A DNA stretch of 64,000 nt from Octopus bimaculoides (GCF_001194135.2 NC_068983.1:149458958-149522957); one strand, 5' to 3'. Numbered from the stretch's first letter, positions 25,782 through 39,989 are shown. Notes: a model not told the origin generated them from the letters alone. A program made the numbers and translations.

Positions 25782-28700
25782 TGTCAAAGACAGTAAATTT
25801 TATTTGACTATATTTTAGAAATAGACAATTATATTTTTTCATGAGAATAATGCTTGAGAATTTTTGTTTTAGGATATTGCTTTCTTTTTATATGACACAA
25901 TTCTTTTTTTTTTTTCTTTTTGTAAAAGAATGGGGTTAATAGTTGATTGAATCAACCTCGATATGAAGCTAGCTCATTCAGATAAAAGATAAACTGACAC
26001 TGGCTTGATTTGAACACAGAACATTAAGATGCTTGGCACACTAACAAAAACTTTGCTTCAACTGTCTACATTTGTTACTGTCTCTGTCATCCTACATGTT
26101 AGCTATTAAATTCTTTTTTTTTTTAAATTTCTTATGTTAGATTTCATAAAGATGAGCTTATAATCAAAGAATTGATTCCAGTATCTTACTGGTACTTAAC
26201 TTTATTGATTCCAGAAAACTAGAAAGCAATATCTATTCCAGCAGGATTTCTTCCAACTCACTGTTGTTGCTTACAATACTGAGGTATCTGTACAAATAAT
26301 GCATTTTTTAGCAGCTAATAATTGTAAATGCAGAGAAAATTTCTAGCTATTAAAATTACCATTGTTGAAATCCTGTAATTAGATTTATATCTATCTCTGT
26401 TGAAAAAAAATGATAATTTAAAAGATCTTCCCTAAGCCATTTACTAGAATGAATAGTAATAATAATATTAAGTTAAATATGTTGTCAAACTAAGTGTTAT
26501 AATAAAGAAGAGAAATTAGTTTAAATAAATGAAAAAGAAGTATTTATTCAGTCAATAATTCTGCATAACATAATTACTTTAACATTAAACTACAGCATTG
26601 TTGAAAAAAAAATACTTCAGACTATCATTGATCTGAATTGCTGTCTAATACAGAGAGTACTAGCTGCAAAGAATTGTATTTTATTTTATTTCTTTTCATA
26701 TGAATCACTGTAAAGACTATAGAGATTCTCCATTTAGATTCATAGATTATCCGTTCATTCTGTTTGTTGATTATATGAATAATGTTTTATTTTGTTTTAT
26801 ATGTTTATCCCATACATTAATGGATATGACCTTTTATGATGGAAGCAGGGAATAGTTATAATCAGTTCTGTTAATATGAGAGTAGAGAGAAATAACTATT
26901 ATGAAGTTCATGCATTTCCCAAGAAGATCAGCAATGTTAATCAAAACTGTGTGAGTCTCCTACTCTGCCACATGTGCCATACATAAAGATATATGTCTTT
27001 TGGGTCTTTTTATTTTTTTTACTGCTGAACAACAGATATATAAGACACCAATTTCCAGTATCTTTAGTTTCATCCTTGATAAAATATACTCGTAAAGCAC
27101 TAATCATTCCTCTAATGAAAATGTTCACACTATCAATTGAATCAGTTTGTTTCATCCTATAATAACTAACTAAAAGCATCTGACTCTAGTTTCTTAAGCA
27201 GATACATGATATTCTCCTGAATAACAATTTCATGCCCATTTTCCCCTCAGCTACCTAAACTGAGACTCAGAATGAAATTGTTTTGCCTGCTACAGATTTG
27301 AAATCAAAATGCATGAGCTAACAGTCCAATATATTTCTACTTGGCAATTCATTCTTAACCTAAAATAATGCAGTACAAATATTCCAATCTACTGGGGAGG
27401 AAGAATAAGAAGGTTTGACATTCTTACATTCCCTTGAAGACATTACTTTTATGAACAAAATAATATAGCTACAAAGTTAATTGTTGTGAGGACTAAACTC
27501 ATAATTATGTATCCAGTAATTCTGTATTTTATATATCTTTCAGTTATTATGTCTCGTACTTGATGTCATAATATATCCATGTTTTCTGAGTTAAAATCCT
27601 ACTGAAGTCACAAACAACTTAAAACTTGTAACAAAGGAAAAGCAAAAATTTTTGATTGTGAAAAACCTTGTTTTATCACAAGTTTATTGATGAATATATT
27701 TTTATAAATGACTTAAACATAGTTCATTTATGTTCCCTTCTTGCAGATCTGTTTGTATTCTTGTTTTTCAATGCTATCAGAATTTATGTGGAGGTCCTAT
27801 AATATCATGGATATTTAGAACAACCCTGGAGATTTTGTCTGTGTAGAGAAAATCATCTCTCTCTCTTTTTTTTAAGCAATACTCATGGTAGGATTTGAGG
27901 TTACCATTTGTCAATATCTCTACCATTACACCTACTTAATAGGTGAACTGGGCTGTCAACAGTTAAGTTTCTTTTGCTATGGACATAGATAAGCATTGAT
28001 GGTGAAATTCAAACTGCTTACTTAACTGGTAGCCAGGTACCTTATGACACATAATGATTTCTGTTTTAAGCACAAGGCTTAATTGCAGAGGTGAAAGGCA
28101 AAGTTGACCATAGCAGGACTTTTTGTCTATTGCCATAAGAATTTTTTCTATTTATTTCTCTTTGAAATCTGATTTACAGCCTATTAAACTGTATCATTTA
28201 TTGTACTTGCATAACATGCATTATCTATTTCAATCACTGTCTCGGTCATTACAATTTCTAATACAGTTAATATTTTCTCATTATTATTGTTGTTGTTCAT
28301 GTTGTTATTACCTCTTGTAACACAGCTTAAGATATTAACAGAGTACGTATAACTCTAGAGAGTTCTTTATAAAGGATATTGGCACTTCCAAGAAGTGCTG
28401 ATTTCTGTAAAGATACAAAGTGTTATTATTAGCTTGTTGATGTATGTTGTTAATTTGTTAGAAATGGAACCAAGGGCACCAATTACTATTCTTGAAATTT
28501 CCAAGCAAAGCTGAAAATAATTATCAATTTTTCTCATGATCTTTGCTAACTATATTGTGGTCACCTGGAATAGCTACATCTATAATGTAACATTTCTATG
28601 CTATAATATCTGGTCAACTGTGCTCTTTCACTTTATCATTCACCCTGGCACATGAATTACTTATGGGTACCTTCAGAACTGAACATTTTGACTGCATGTA

Positions 28701-30493
28701 TGCAGAGTACATACATACAGAACTGGTTCATGTTGTGGGATGCCTTGATCAAACCAAAGTGGTAGCTTTTCACCAATGAGCAGAGGAAGTGGCCCTTATT
28801 TGTTTGTTTTCTTTATATTTAGTTATTTATACATTCATTTCTGTAAATAAAAAGAAATTTTATTATGTCCCAATATATTGTATAATATTCTTGTCCCATC
28901 CCTCATTTTTGTATAATTATGTATGTATATCCTTATTTATCTTTGTAATTTTGTAACATCTTTATAAGACATGTTTATAAATGGACTCTGGCAGAGGCCT
29001 GAAGAAAGGACTATTATTGATGGATCGATAATATCTTTAGAATGTCAGGCAAAATGTCTTGCAATCAATATTTGTTTCTGTTCTTTATATTCTGAGTTTC
29101 AGTCCTGTTGATATCAATTTTCCAGGACTGATCAACTAAACTGTCCCTCAGAATTTGTGGACTTTTGTCTGTACAAGTTATTATTATTATTATTATTATT
29201 ATTATTTCTGTTTATATAGTAGTTTATATTTTAATGCTTACTTCATCACAGCTTTTTTTGGTTTTTGCATTGATTCTGACACTGTACTGTGCATAATCAA
29301 AACATTTACCTTTAAATAATCAGGTCCCTCTAGCTGTAAACAGGGATAACAAAACAGGTGTTGTTTTGTTGTTGGAACCTGGTACTGAGAACAAAACAGT
29401 TTCTTTTGCTATAACTAGTGGTGCTCTAGAAAAAGTAGCTTCTGAGACCTGCTGCTGTTGTCTACTTTCTGTCTTCCTCTTCTGATTCAGCTCCTCTGAG
29501 ATTCAAGTGGCACTTTAACTACAGGGTTTTCTGACCTGCACCACCAGTCTCTTTTGCCTTTCTCTAGCACCCATAATAGGGTGCAGGCCCAAGAGAGCTC
29601 TGTAATCTATCTGTATTTTTCCTGCTTGCATCAGTCTCTAAAGCAGTGATTCTCAGTTCTTCCTCTGTTATTTGCCCCCTTGGTTTCATGTTTTCCCCTA
29701 TTTATCCCCTTATTTTAATGCAAAAAGAAAAAATGTATAGCCAACATAGAGATGTGGGAAAAAGATGGAACAACTTTATTTTTAAAGTTTTCATAAAATA
29801 AATTTCGATAAAAATAAAAAACATAATCAAAAATATTTATTAAAGAAAATAACTAAAATTTATTTATCAAAAAAATGTAATATGATGATAAATTAACAAA
29901 ATTTGTCACATTTTTTGTTATACTCACTCTACTCTTAACATAATATATGTATGAACCTTTTTTGACAAAATGAAGATTTTTTGAATTTGTGAAATATTTT
30001 TAATAAATTTTTTACATTGTATTATAAAGTAATTATTTACTGAGAATACATTTTTGTTTCTATTTATTATGCTCAAAATTAATGGAATGAAATCATATGC
30101 ACATTATTATTATTAAGATTTGCTTCAATGTCTTATGGTTCTAATTCATACATAACTAAAGAGCTTACAGAAATCTCCAGGTTGTCCAGTATCTGTTTCT
30201 CTATGTTTTTGTTAAACTGTTTATCTGTTGTTGCTTTGCTACTGTTGCTATTGCTGTCCTCTACTTCTACTTTTATAGGTACCACCATTATGATAATCTT
30301 TCTGCAATTGAAAGAACTAGAGTAACAGCTTAAATTTCTTAATGCTAATGACTGGGTTGTGAAACCAGTCAGTAATGTAGGGAACAAAAAAAATGTAAAG
30401 ATTATGAGAAATAAAATATGCCGTTTTTTAATGATAATGCAGGTGCAAGTTATGAGCTAAAAATTGTATCCATAAAATATTCTTAGCTTCATC

Positions 30494-30897
30494 ATTATCA
30501 TCATCGTCGTTTAACGTCCGCTTTCCATGCTAGCATGGGTTGGACAATTTGACTGTGGACTGGTGGACCAGGAGGCGACACCAGGCTCCAATCTGATTTG
30601 GCAGAGTTTCTACACCGGGGTGCCCTTTCTAACGCCAACCACTCCGAGAGTGTAGTGGGTGCTTATACGTGCCACCGGCACGAGGGCCAGTCAGGCGGTA
30701 CTAGCAACGGCCACACTCAAAATGGTGTATTTTACGTGCCACCTGCACAGGAGCCAGTCCATCGGCACTGGCAACGATCTCGCTCAAATGTCTTTTCATG
30801 TGCCAGGGAGGCGACGTTGGTAACGATCAACGGCCACGCACGAAATGGTGTATTTTACATGTCACCTGCATAGGGGCCAGTCCATCGGCACTGGCAC
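30494..30897 (-). mobile_element. RTE 3'-tail copy with an internal duplication
   Basis: RTE tail; the unit cggccac..aaatggtgtatttta..ccagtccatcggcactggca occurs twice. Confidence 0.85.
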
Positions 30898-32132
30898 TTT
30901 TCCTTTATTTGAAATATTATGAACTTTTCTTAATTTAGCTATAACAGTCAAATAGTAGAAACATTTAGGTAAGGGTTCTGAGGACCAGGCTAAATATAAA
31001 GTATATGTCTTAAATGTTTCATGTCTCTTTAAGTTCAAATCTCACAAGGATTAATGAACCATCTGCCTCTTTAAATAAAACCATCAAATCAAATATAGTT
31101 TCTGATTTTCTTGTCAATAAAGAAAATCTGGAAAAGAATATACTGGAATGATTTTCACTTATTTTCTTGTTGCCTACAGGAGTACCTGAATTCATTTCTG
31201 TAAGGTAATGAGTTATTAATAGATTATTCTAGTTAGATAACTAATCTAGCAAAAGCTGTATATCTTGGCTATGGATACAGCAGTGCCATTCATGGAATAC
31301 CAACTGGTCACACTTCAGTGAATAGTCCAACACCCTGCCTCAATCATTTCTTACCCTCTTTATCTCTTTAGAATCACTATCATAACAACTAATAACTCTG
31401 CTGTAATGAGGTAGACGCAAACTTGGAATAGGAGTAGCATTTACTCTAATATTTGGATTTCCTCCAATGGCCGTCAAGTATTGTTGAGAAAATTTACAAT
31501 GTATAATATTCTCAATGACTCTAAATTATTTTTATTTGGAAAGCTATACTGGCTATAAATATAGTTTAAATTGGTACACACTACATCAAGCATGATTAAT
31601 TTGTCATCGCTCTAGGTATTTATATCTTCATTCCTTCATGGATTTCTTCCAAGCAATATTAATTAAAATAGACCTGCATCATTCATTTCTAAATTTAATG
31701 TGATTCATTTTTTATTTATCTATTTATTTATTTTGTTTATTTTTGGCATCATACCAAACATTTCATGTGCAGTGTGTGAATACTTTTGTTACTACCATGA
31801 TTTATTTTCCTCAGCCTTTGTGAAGACAAGTTGATGTTATTTTGGAAAATGTCACCATCAGCAAAAATTTTACATTATTTTTTTTTTATTGCAATTAACA
31901 GTTCTAACAAAGAGCAATTTTAGCTAACAAAGTAGGATTCTTAATAAATATGCTGTTGTGATAAAGTTTAATAACTAATTTTTATTGATCAGATATGTTC
32001 GGGTTTTGGAAACAGCTCAGAGTTACATTATTGTTTAATAGATAAGAAGAAAACACAACTACAGCATGTATTACGTCACGAAACTTTCAGTTTGGTAAAT
32101 GGGTGAGAGGTAGGACAAGAAGAGATGTGAGC

Positions 32133-32135
<3 letters not shown>

Positions 32136-32178
<43 letters not shown>
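32136..32178. repeat. (AC)n microsatellite
   Basis: Seen directly. Confidence 0.95.
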
Positions 32179-32180
<2 letters not shown>

Positions 32181-33085
32181 ATATGCCTGGTGTATCAGTG
32201 TGATAGTCAACTGTCACAGTAGTAAAGAAGATGTCTTAGAAGGAGTTACAGTTTTTAAATTACAAAACCAGGTCATAAAGGTTAGAGTATGTATTTGCAT
32301 TAAGTATGATACACAGATGGGTAGTTGAAATCTAATACTGCTTCTGTTGCATATAATGGATTTTTATTCAGGCAGGCTGCCATTTGCACCTCCAGTGATT
32401 GTTTATTCACTGTTTTCCCATATCAGTGCCAACAAATTTTGTTTAAGCATGCAATTGGCCGTAAGTGCACATCGTCGACAATGTCCAATGAGGCAGAAAT
32501 GCATCTAACATTCTCACCAGAGGACAATTTTCATCTACCTCCTATACATATTGTGTTTTTAAACACAGCTTGTTCATGTAAGTGTTATCTCAAGACAAAT
32601 ATCACAGTAAATTTGCCTTTCTTGATGTATTTACATTAAGTATGGAAGTTTGCTGGCTATTTTAATCTAATACTGGTTCTGCTGCATAAAACCCATGTGT
32701 GTACACACACATAGGCCCACTACATCTTTGAGAAGATGGTCAAATTATGTTTTTCTTTAAAGACATTTGAGAATTCACCAGATAGAAGTTGCTCTCAGAA
32801 TCATCTGAAGTAAAAGATAATAAACACTGCATTTGTCTACTACAAATGTTTCAATGTCTAAATATTATTTGAATTTTCATTTCTGTTTCTTAATTTAATA
32901 TTGCTTTGTCTTCAGTAATGTAATCCAACTTCTGCAAAAAATTATAACAGTGGAACATATCACATATCAAAGAAATATTTTAAAAACAAACTTATTTTTA
33001 TTTCATTGTCTTTGTAATCTTTAATTATTTTTCTTATATAGTTTCCAATGTTTTTAATATCCTTTCTTTTTTTCTCCTTGTACAG

Positions 33086-33219
33086 GAGACAATTACTATG
33101 ATCCTTTGAGCCCTCCTGCTTATGATACTGTCGCTTCAAGGGACCCTGAAACTCCAGTCTACCAAGATCCAGTTGATAAAGAACGCCAAGAAAAGGAATG
33201 GCAGGAAGAATTAAGCAAG
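33086..33219 (+). CDS. TPD52: TPD52-family exon (G)DNYYDPLSPPAY...ERQEKEWQEELSK
   Basis: Acceptor ctttctttttttctccttgtacag and donor AAG|GTAGAG. Only one frame is open. Its end matches the D52 'EEELRxELxK' lead-in to the coiled coil. Confidence 0.92.
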
Positions 33220-33818
33220 GTAGAGTTCATGAATGTCATTCATATGAAAAACTGAAGTAGTTTCTTAAAGTATACTCATAGTTTCTAATAACATTTCTAT
33301 ATTCATGAAATAAACACAGTGTCAATAACTGATAACTCATACTTTGGTTATAACCAACAACACATTGTAACCTGCCTGCAATTAAATTGTAGTTCATAAA
33401 TCTTTGAAGTATATGTATATTTAAAAGGGGAAAACATTAATCAAAATTATTTACCTGTTGGTGTGGGGCGAGAAAACCTTTTGTCTGTGTTGAAATTAGT
33501 TATAATGTTCTGCAAATTGAGATATTTGCATGAATTTATAGAGTAACTGCTTTAAAAAATAGGATATTCTAATTCCATATATTTAATTCAAGTATGAAAA
33601 TATATAGATTGATTTATCTTGCCTAAAAGATAAATTACATAGCTGAAATAATAATAGTTGACCGTAGAGGCCAGCTGAAAGATTTTTTAATAGATGTTCT
33701 AAGTGGTTATATTATCTAATTTCTTGTTTTATGCATAAGATCATTGAAAGTTTTGCACAATTAATTATGAATTGTTAATTGTTGATTAAATATGAATTGT
33801 TTTGTTTCAAACTTTTAG

Positions 33819-33967
33819 ATAGATGGAGAGATCCTCACTTTGCGACAAGTACTGACTGCAAAAGTACGCCGAGCAACAGAATTAAAACGAAAATTGGGCA
33901 TTACACCATTGCAGGAATTCAAACAAGATATTCAGAGTGGATTTCAACAACTCCGTGAAAGTGGAAC
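33819..33967 (+). CDS. TPD52: TPD52-family coiled-coil exon IDGEILTLRQVLTAKVRRATELKRKLGITPLQEFKQDIQSGFQQLRESGT
   Basis: Acceptor acttttag and donor AC|GTAAGT (phase 2). Clear match to the remembered D52 motif VEEEIxTLxQVLAAKE...ELKRKLG. Confidence 0.96.
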
Positions 33968-34654
33968 GTAAGTGCAAACATTTGCAAATCAATTTCTTGG
34001 TGTTCTTTCATTCTTTGCACCATTTTTGTTTTGTCAAAACAATTTTCGTTTCGTTTTTTATTATTTAAGTATTAGTTTGTCAAGAAATCTTACATTCAGT
34101 ATTTGTCATCAGTTTAGGTAATAATTTCTTCACAGTATAGTTTGTTGGTTGTGACTTTACCTTAGTTTTTTTATATGTTTCCTATCTAAATGCATTTACA
34201 AATTAGACTCTTTGTAATATTGATATAAAGGGGCATTTTTATGCTTTACCTATTTAATTTCATGAGACTCTAAATTAAGATTTGTTTAAAAAAAAGTGCA
34301 AATTTTAATCCATGTAAGCTCAAGGTTTTTAACACTGCATGTTTAAAAAAGTTGGTTTATAATTTTTTTTAATCTATTGCTTCAACTCCATTCTAATTTT
34401 TATTTGATTTTTAAGAAAGAATCTCTTTTCTGTAAGAGATCATCTAATATAACAAGAACATCTTATTCATTGTTAACAGATATTCAAACTTTGCTATTCA
34501 TTACTGCCAGTTGAAATTGTTGTTCCTGAAGTATTATATATATTTATGTAAAATATAATCTCTCCTGCCTCTTACATGTACAGTCTCAGTGTAAATAGAT
34601 CCCTTCTTTATATTCATTCATTATCTCATTTCTTACTTTCTCGATCTCAAACAG

Positions 34655-34678
34655 GGGAGGTGGTGCTTCTTCAATCTT
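34655..34678 (+). CDS. TPD52: 24-nt symmetric microexon A, (T)GGGASSI(L)
   Basis: Acceptor tttcttactttctcgatctcaaacag, donor GTAAGT, phase 2-2, no stop codon. Confidence 0.7.
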
Positions 34679-35625
34679 GTAAGTATCTCGCACTTGCTAG
34701 TAAATATTGTCTGTTATATAAATTATTTAAATTATATTAGTTTGCCTTCACTCATGTTCTTTAGTTGGTTTGAACCATTCTGGTTTCAGCTTTCTTTGCA
34801 AAGATAATTAATGACCTTGTGACCTTGTTTCAAATTATTGTCCATTACTAGAAAAAAGTCACTTCTTATTTGATGACTTCAAATTTCAGTCAAAAATCAT
34901 TTCCATTCCTACATTTGTGTGTGTGTCTTTCTGTGCAATCACATGTGTGCACATGCATGCACATGTGGTGTATAGATGCAGTCAGGGCCATGTGGTCAAG
35001 ACATTCACTTAGCAATCCTGTGTTTCTGATTTCACTTACACTACACAGGACACAAGACAAATGTCTTCTCTCATACCCTTGGATCAAACAAAGCCTCACA
35101 AGCAAAATTTGGTAGATAGAAACTGTGTGGGATGTGTGTATTTATGTATGTATGTATATATGCATGTATGTATATTGGCATCCGATGTCAGAATTAATGT
35201 ATAAACTGACTTTGTAGGATTGATCCTACATACATCAAGATCAGTTGATTGGGCCTTGTTTTCCTCTATAAGAAGATAAAATAAGGATTAGACAAAGAAC
35301 CGGGGCAATATAACTAACTCTTGAGGATGGTTTTCTATCATTATTCAATATACATCTGTATCAGTATTCATAGTAAAACTACAATAACTAAATTACATAC
35401 TAAATAGTAACCAATATTTAAGTCCATACAAATAATAATCCCACCAATCTTCCATAGTTTCTACTATAATAAGAGAGAATGAAAGCTTTATTCTAATTCT
35501 CTCCACGATTGAGTTTGATGGATAACATAACAATTATGAGTGAAATACATTATTTCATAATTCAAAGGTTAATAATAAAAGCACTACATACTCTTTATAT
35601 ATATTACCCTTACAAGCTATAATGT

Positions 35626-35712
35626 ATGTATATATATATATGTATGTATGTATGTATATATATATGTATGTATATATGTATGTATGTATATATATATATA
35701 TGTATGTATATA
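35626..35712. repeat. (TATG)n/(TA)n tract abutting the RTE tail
   Basis: Seen directly. Confidence 0.9.
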
Positions 35713-35714
35713 TC

Positions 35715-38410
35715 TCATCATCATCATTATCATTTAACGTCCACTTTCCATGCTAGCATGGGTTGGATGATTTGACTGAGGACTGGCAAGTCAGCAGGCT
35801 GCACCAGGCTCCAATCTGATCTGGCAGAGTTTCTACAGCTGGATGCCCTTCCTAACACCAACCACTCCGAGAGTGTGGTGGGTGCTTTTACGTGCCACCG
35901 GCATGACGGCCAGTCACACGGTACCGTTAACAACCTTGCACAAAAAGGTGTTTTTTACATGCCACCTGCACGGGAGCCAGTCCAGTGGCACTGGCAACGA
36001 CCTCGCTCGAATGATTTTCTAACGTGCCACCAGCACAAGTGCTAGAAGGTGACACTGGTAACAATTATGCTCAAATGGTGCTATTTACGGGCCACTAGCA
36101 TGGAAGCCAGACAGCTGCTCTGGCAATGAACACACTCAGACAGTGCTGTTAGTACTCCACTGGCGCAGGTGCCAGTCATCGAATATGGTTCAAATGCGAT
36201 TTCGATTTCACTTGCTCCAACAGGTCTTCGCAAGTCAAGTTAAGTGTCCAATGAAGGAGAGGTTGGCATGGGTGCCAGTCATCAGATTCGGTTCGATTTT
36301 GATATCAGATTTCAAATTCACTTGCCTCAACAGGTCTTCGCAGGCAGGTAAAGATACGAATAAGTGAGCTGGCTACACTTCTGGCAGAGGTCACAGCTTA
36401 TGCTCTCATTTGGCTTGCCAGGTCTTCTCATGTACTGCATATTTCCAAAGGTCCCGGTCACTAGTCATGACCTCGGTGAGGCCTAAAGTTCGAAGGTCGT
36501 GCTTCACCACCTCATCCCAGGTCTTCCTGGGCCTACCTCTTCCACAGGTTCCCTCAACTGCTAGGGTGTGGTACTTTTTCACATAGTTATCCTCATCCAT
36601 TCTTGCCACATGTCCATACCAGCGCAGTCATCTCTCTTGCACACCACAACTGATGCTTCCTAGGTCTAACTTTTCTCTCAAGGTACTTACACTCTGTCGA
36701 GTATGCACACTGACATTACACATCCATCAGAGCATACTGGCTTCGTTTCTTGCGAGCTTACGCATGTCCTCAGCAGTTACTGCCCATGTTTCACTGCCAT
36801 GTAGCATGGCTGTTCGTACACATGCGTCATACAGTCTGCCTTTTACCCTGAGTGAGAGGCTCTTTGTCACCAGCAGAGGTAAGAGCTCTCTAAACTTTGC
36901 CCAGGCTATTCTTATTCTAGCAGCTATACTTTCAGCGCACCCTTCTCCACTACACACTCGGTCATCTAAGTAGCGGAAGTTATCAACTACTTCTAGTTTT
37001 TTCTCCCTGGAGTGTGGCAAAGGTTGTTTTCTGCACATTTTCAGTGTTTATTGCTCCTGAGTATCTGCCACATACAAAAACTATCTTGCTAGTTAGCCTT
37101 CCTTTGATATTGCTGCACCTCTTATGTGTCCATATCTTACACTGGCTACATCTTATAGAGTTTCTACCTACGCCTTTTCTGCAGATCAGGCAGGACCATC
37201 TACCTGAAGGGGTTTGTGTCTTGTCTACCTTCCTACCTATTAGGACTTTGGTTTTAGCCAAATTGACTACCAGATAAGGGATCGGGGGACCTTGTCAAAG
37301 GCCTTCTCCATGTCAATGAAAGCCAGGTACAGAGGTTTATCTTTGGCTAGGTATTTCTCCTGCAGCTGTCTTACCAGAAATATAGCATCAGTGGTGCTTT
37401 TCCCTGGCATGAATCCAAACTGCATCTCGTCTAAACTAACTCTCTCCCTAATTAGTTGAGCTATGACCCTCTCCGTGACCTTCATTACCTGATTCAACAA
37501 CTTGACACCTCTGTAATTATTTGTATCTAAAGCGTCAACTTTACCTTTGTAGCAGTTGACTATGGTACTGCTACACCAGTCATTCGGTATGACTCCTTCA
37601 TGTATCACGTGGTTAACTATACGGGTGACTAGACTATAGCCGACACTGCCAGATATTTTGAGCCTCTCTGTGGTGATTCCTGATGGGCCGGGGGTTTTCC
37701 CTGTCTTCATACTCTTAATTGCTTTATCTACCAAGGTACTGTCAATTCGGATAGCTGGTCCCTCTGTTGGTTCGACATTCGGCAGACTCTCTTTCTCCCA
37801 TTCATTCTCTTTGGCATCTCCAAACCTCTCTCTTTGCAGCCTCATCTAGTGTAAGTGAACCATCATCCATGCGGATACATTTCTCTCCTACGACATCATG
37901 ATTCTCTCTCACACACTGTCTTGTAACACGAAACACCTCAAGTTTTTGGTCCTCACGGCACATAACATTGACGAATTTTTTCTTATCTGCTTCCCCTCTG
38001 GCTAAATAAACCTGTCTCCTAGCTTCTGTTTTGGCAGTCTGATACAATTCCCTGCTACCACTGTTCTTCCAGTCCTTCCAAGCCTGTTTCTTTTCTCTGA
38101 TAGCCCTGTCAACAACATTGTTCCACCACCACGTTGCCTTGGGTTGAGAGGGGACTCTGCATCATCCACAGATCTGGTCAGTGGCCTCTGGCAGGTTGTC
38201 CCATAGAAACCTCCAGTTGTCTTCCACATCATGTGATGCTATATCCCCTTCTATTTTGTCAAAGGCTTTGAGTAATACGTCTCTAAATCTCTGTCCATTC
38301 GCAGGATGTTTGAGCTTCCAGACCCTTCTCCTCCATACTGGTCGTCTTCTGGACATCCATTTAGCCCTGATCCTGAAGTCACTAACTACCAGTCTATGTT
38401 GTGGGGTACA
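35715..38410 (-). mobile_element. 5'-truncated, disabled RTE-clade LINE
   Basis: ORF2 fragments: PQHRLVVSDF, TWWW, YKGKVDALDTNNYRGVKLL, QFGFMPGKSTTDAIFLVRQLQEKY, KAFDKVP, KGRLYDACVRTAMLHGSETW, GRGRPRKTW. Then a repetitive 3'UTR and (GAT)n tail. Contains stops, frameshifts and an internal deletion. Confidence 0.95.
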
Positions 38411-39374
38411 TAAATACAATAGAACTTTTGGTATGTTTGTTTGTTAGATTATCCCTATTGCTTATAATTTCAAGTACCTTGAATGAGCATAGGTGCCATC
38501 CATTTAGAGAAAACCAATTCTAGTGTCAGACCAAGATATTTCGTACAGGATTTCTCTCATTTTTATGTCCCATATCAGTTTAGCGATGGATGTAGATTTG
38601 CTCTTGCCTGGGTCCTTGAATGAGTGGATATGATTATAAGATCCTTGTGTAAATTGAGACAATGTGGCCCCTATTTAGTGAAAGGTTTCAGTATTAGTGG
38701 TAGTTTTCAAAGTTCCAGTATGAGTGTAAATAGCCAGGAGTTCATGTAGAATACTGCATTTACAATACACTGGCTTTCTACCCTATCAGGACCTACAATG
38801 TGTGAGTGTGTGTGAGTCTTGACTTGTGTGCTGATTGCAAAGAAAATCACCAGTCATATTAACAGTGTCGTTTATTTGCAGTCTTTTGTGAAAGCATGGT
38901 AGATGGAAGAAACTGTGTGGAAGCCTGTCATGTTTATGTATGGGAGTCAGAAAGAGAGAACAACTGTTGCTAGGTTGTTTACACTCTTCATACCTTTGTA
39001 CTTTATCAAAAAGTGATGGATAGCATAGGTACCAAATTTTAAAATAAATACTGGGGTCAGTCTGTACAACTAAAACCTTTCGAGGCTGTGCCCTGGCATG
39101 ACCATAGTCCAATGACTGAAACAAGTTAAAGAATAAAAGAACACTCATACAACTAATCATGATTAATCACCTAACCCATGCCAGCATAAAAAGTAGATGT
39201 GAAACAATTATGATGATAAAGTGGAGGAAGATGTATGTGTTGTATATGTATCTGTGTGCTTGTTTACATTTGCACTTCTCCAAAAATTACTGAGCAGTGA
39301 CAACGTTGTCATTTCCCCTGTCAACAAGTCATCTGCTGGTTTGTGCCTCCAATGACACGTGGAATAAAAGATTT

Positions 39375-39740
39375 TTATTTGCAAAACAGGTAATATTTAG
39401 CAACAGGAAGGGCTTTCATCTATAAAAAAACCATGTTTATACTCAATAACACATGGCCTGACGTATTTTTCAGAAGAATGGAAATAAATGACACCACTTG
39501 TATGACAGTGACATTTGTTTACAACTATCATGTGATGTCGAGTCAAAAACACACATACATACATGCATGCACACACACACACACAACTGGCTTCTTCAGT
39601 TTCTGTCTACCAAATCCACTCACAGGCTCTGGTCAGACCAAGGCTATAGTAGAAGGCACTTGCCCAAAGTATTACTGTGAAACTGAACCTGAAGTCACAT
39701 GGTTGAGAATTGAACTTCTTAAAAGCACAGCCATGTCTGT
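39375..39740 (-). mobile_element. SINE type F
   Basis: Reverse complement of the type F head and body. Confidence 0.7.
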
Positions 39741-39955
39741 GCCCGCTTTGATGAACTCCCCAGTAATGTAACGATAGTAGTTTAGTAAAAGTCACATATC
39801 ATTAAATTATGTCTATTTGAGGCATAGTTCTTGCAAGCAGATGTTCTTTATCTGACTTGTTTTTCAAGTAAAGAGTCTCTTATTCCACACAGCTTCAAAT
39901 GCACAAAGTGATTGGACATTTTGTTGACAGCAGAAGCTGACAACACCACCACCTG

Positions 39956-39957
<2 letters not shown>

Positions 39958-39989
<32 letters not shown>
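39958..39989. repeat. (GT)n microsatellite
   Basis: Seen directly. Confidence 0.95.

Noticed and set aside
29280-29640. Locally GC-richer non-repeat stretch
   Set aside because: Could be regulatory, but there is no ORF, phase-compatible exon or motif I can support.
30700-30897. Repeated units resembling an array
   Set aside because: Internal duplication of the RTE 3'UTR with no unique spacers; not CRISPR-like.
32325-32639. 104-aa ORF upstream of exon 33086
   Set aside because: No recognisable motif on either strand and no phase-compatible splice sites. It could be an old repeat, but I cannot support a call.
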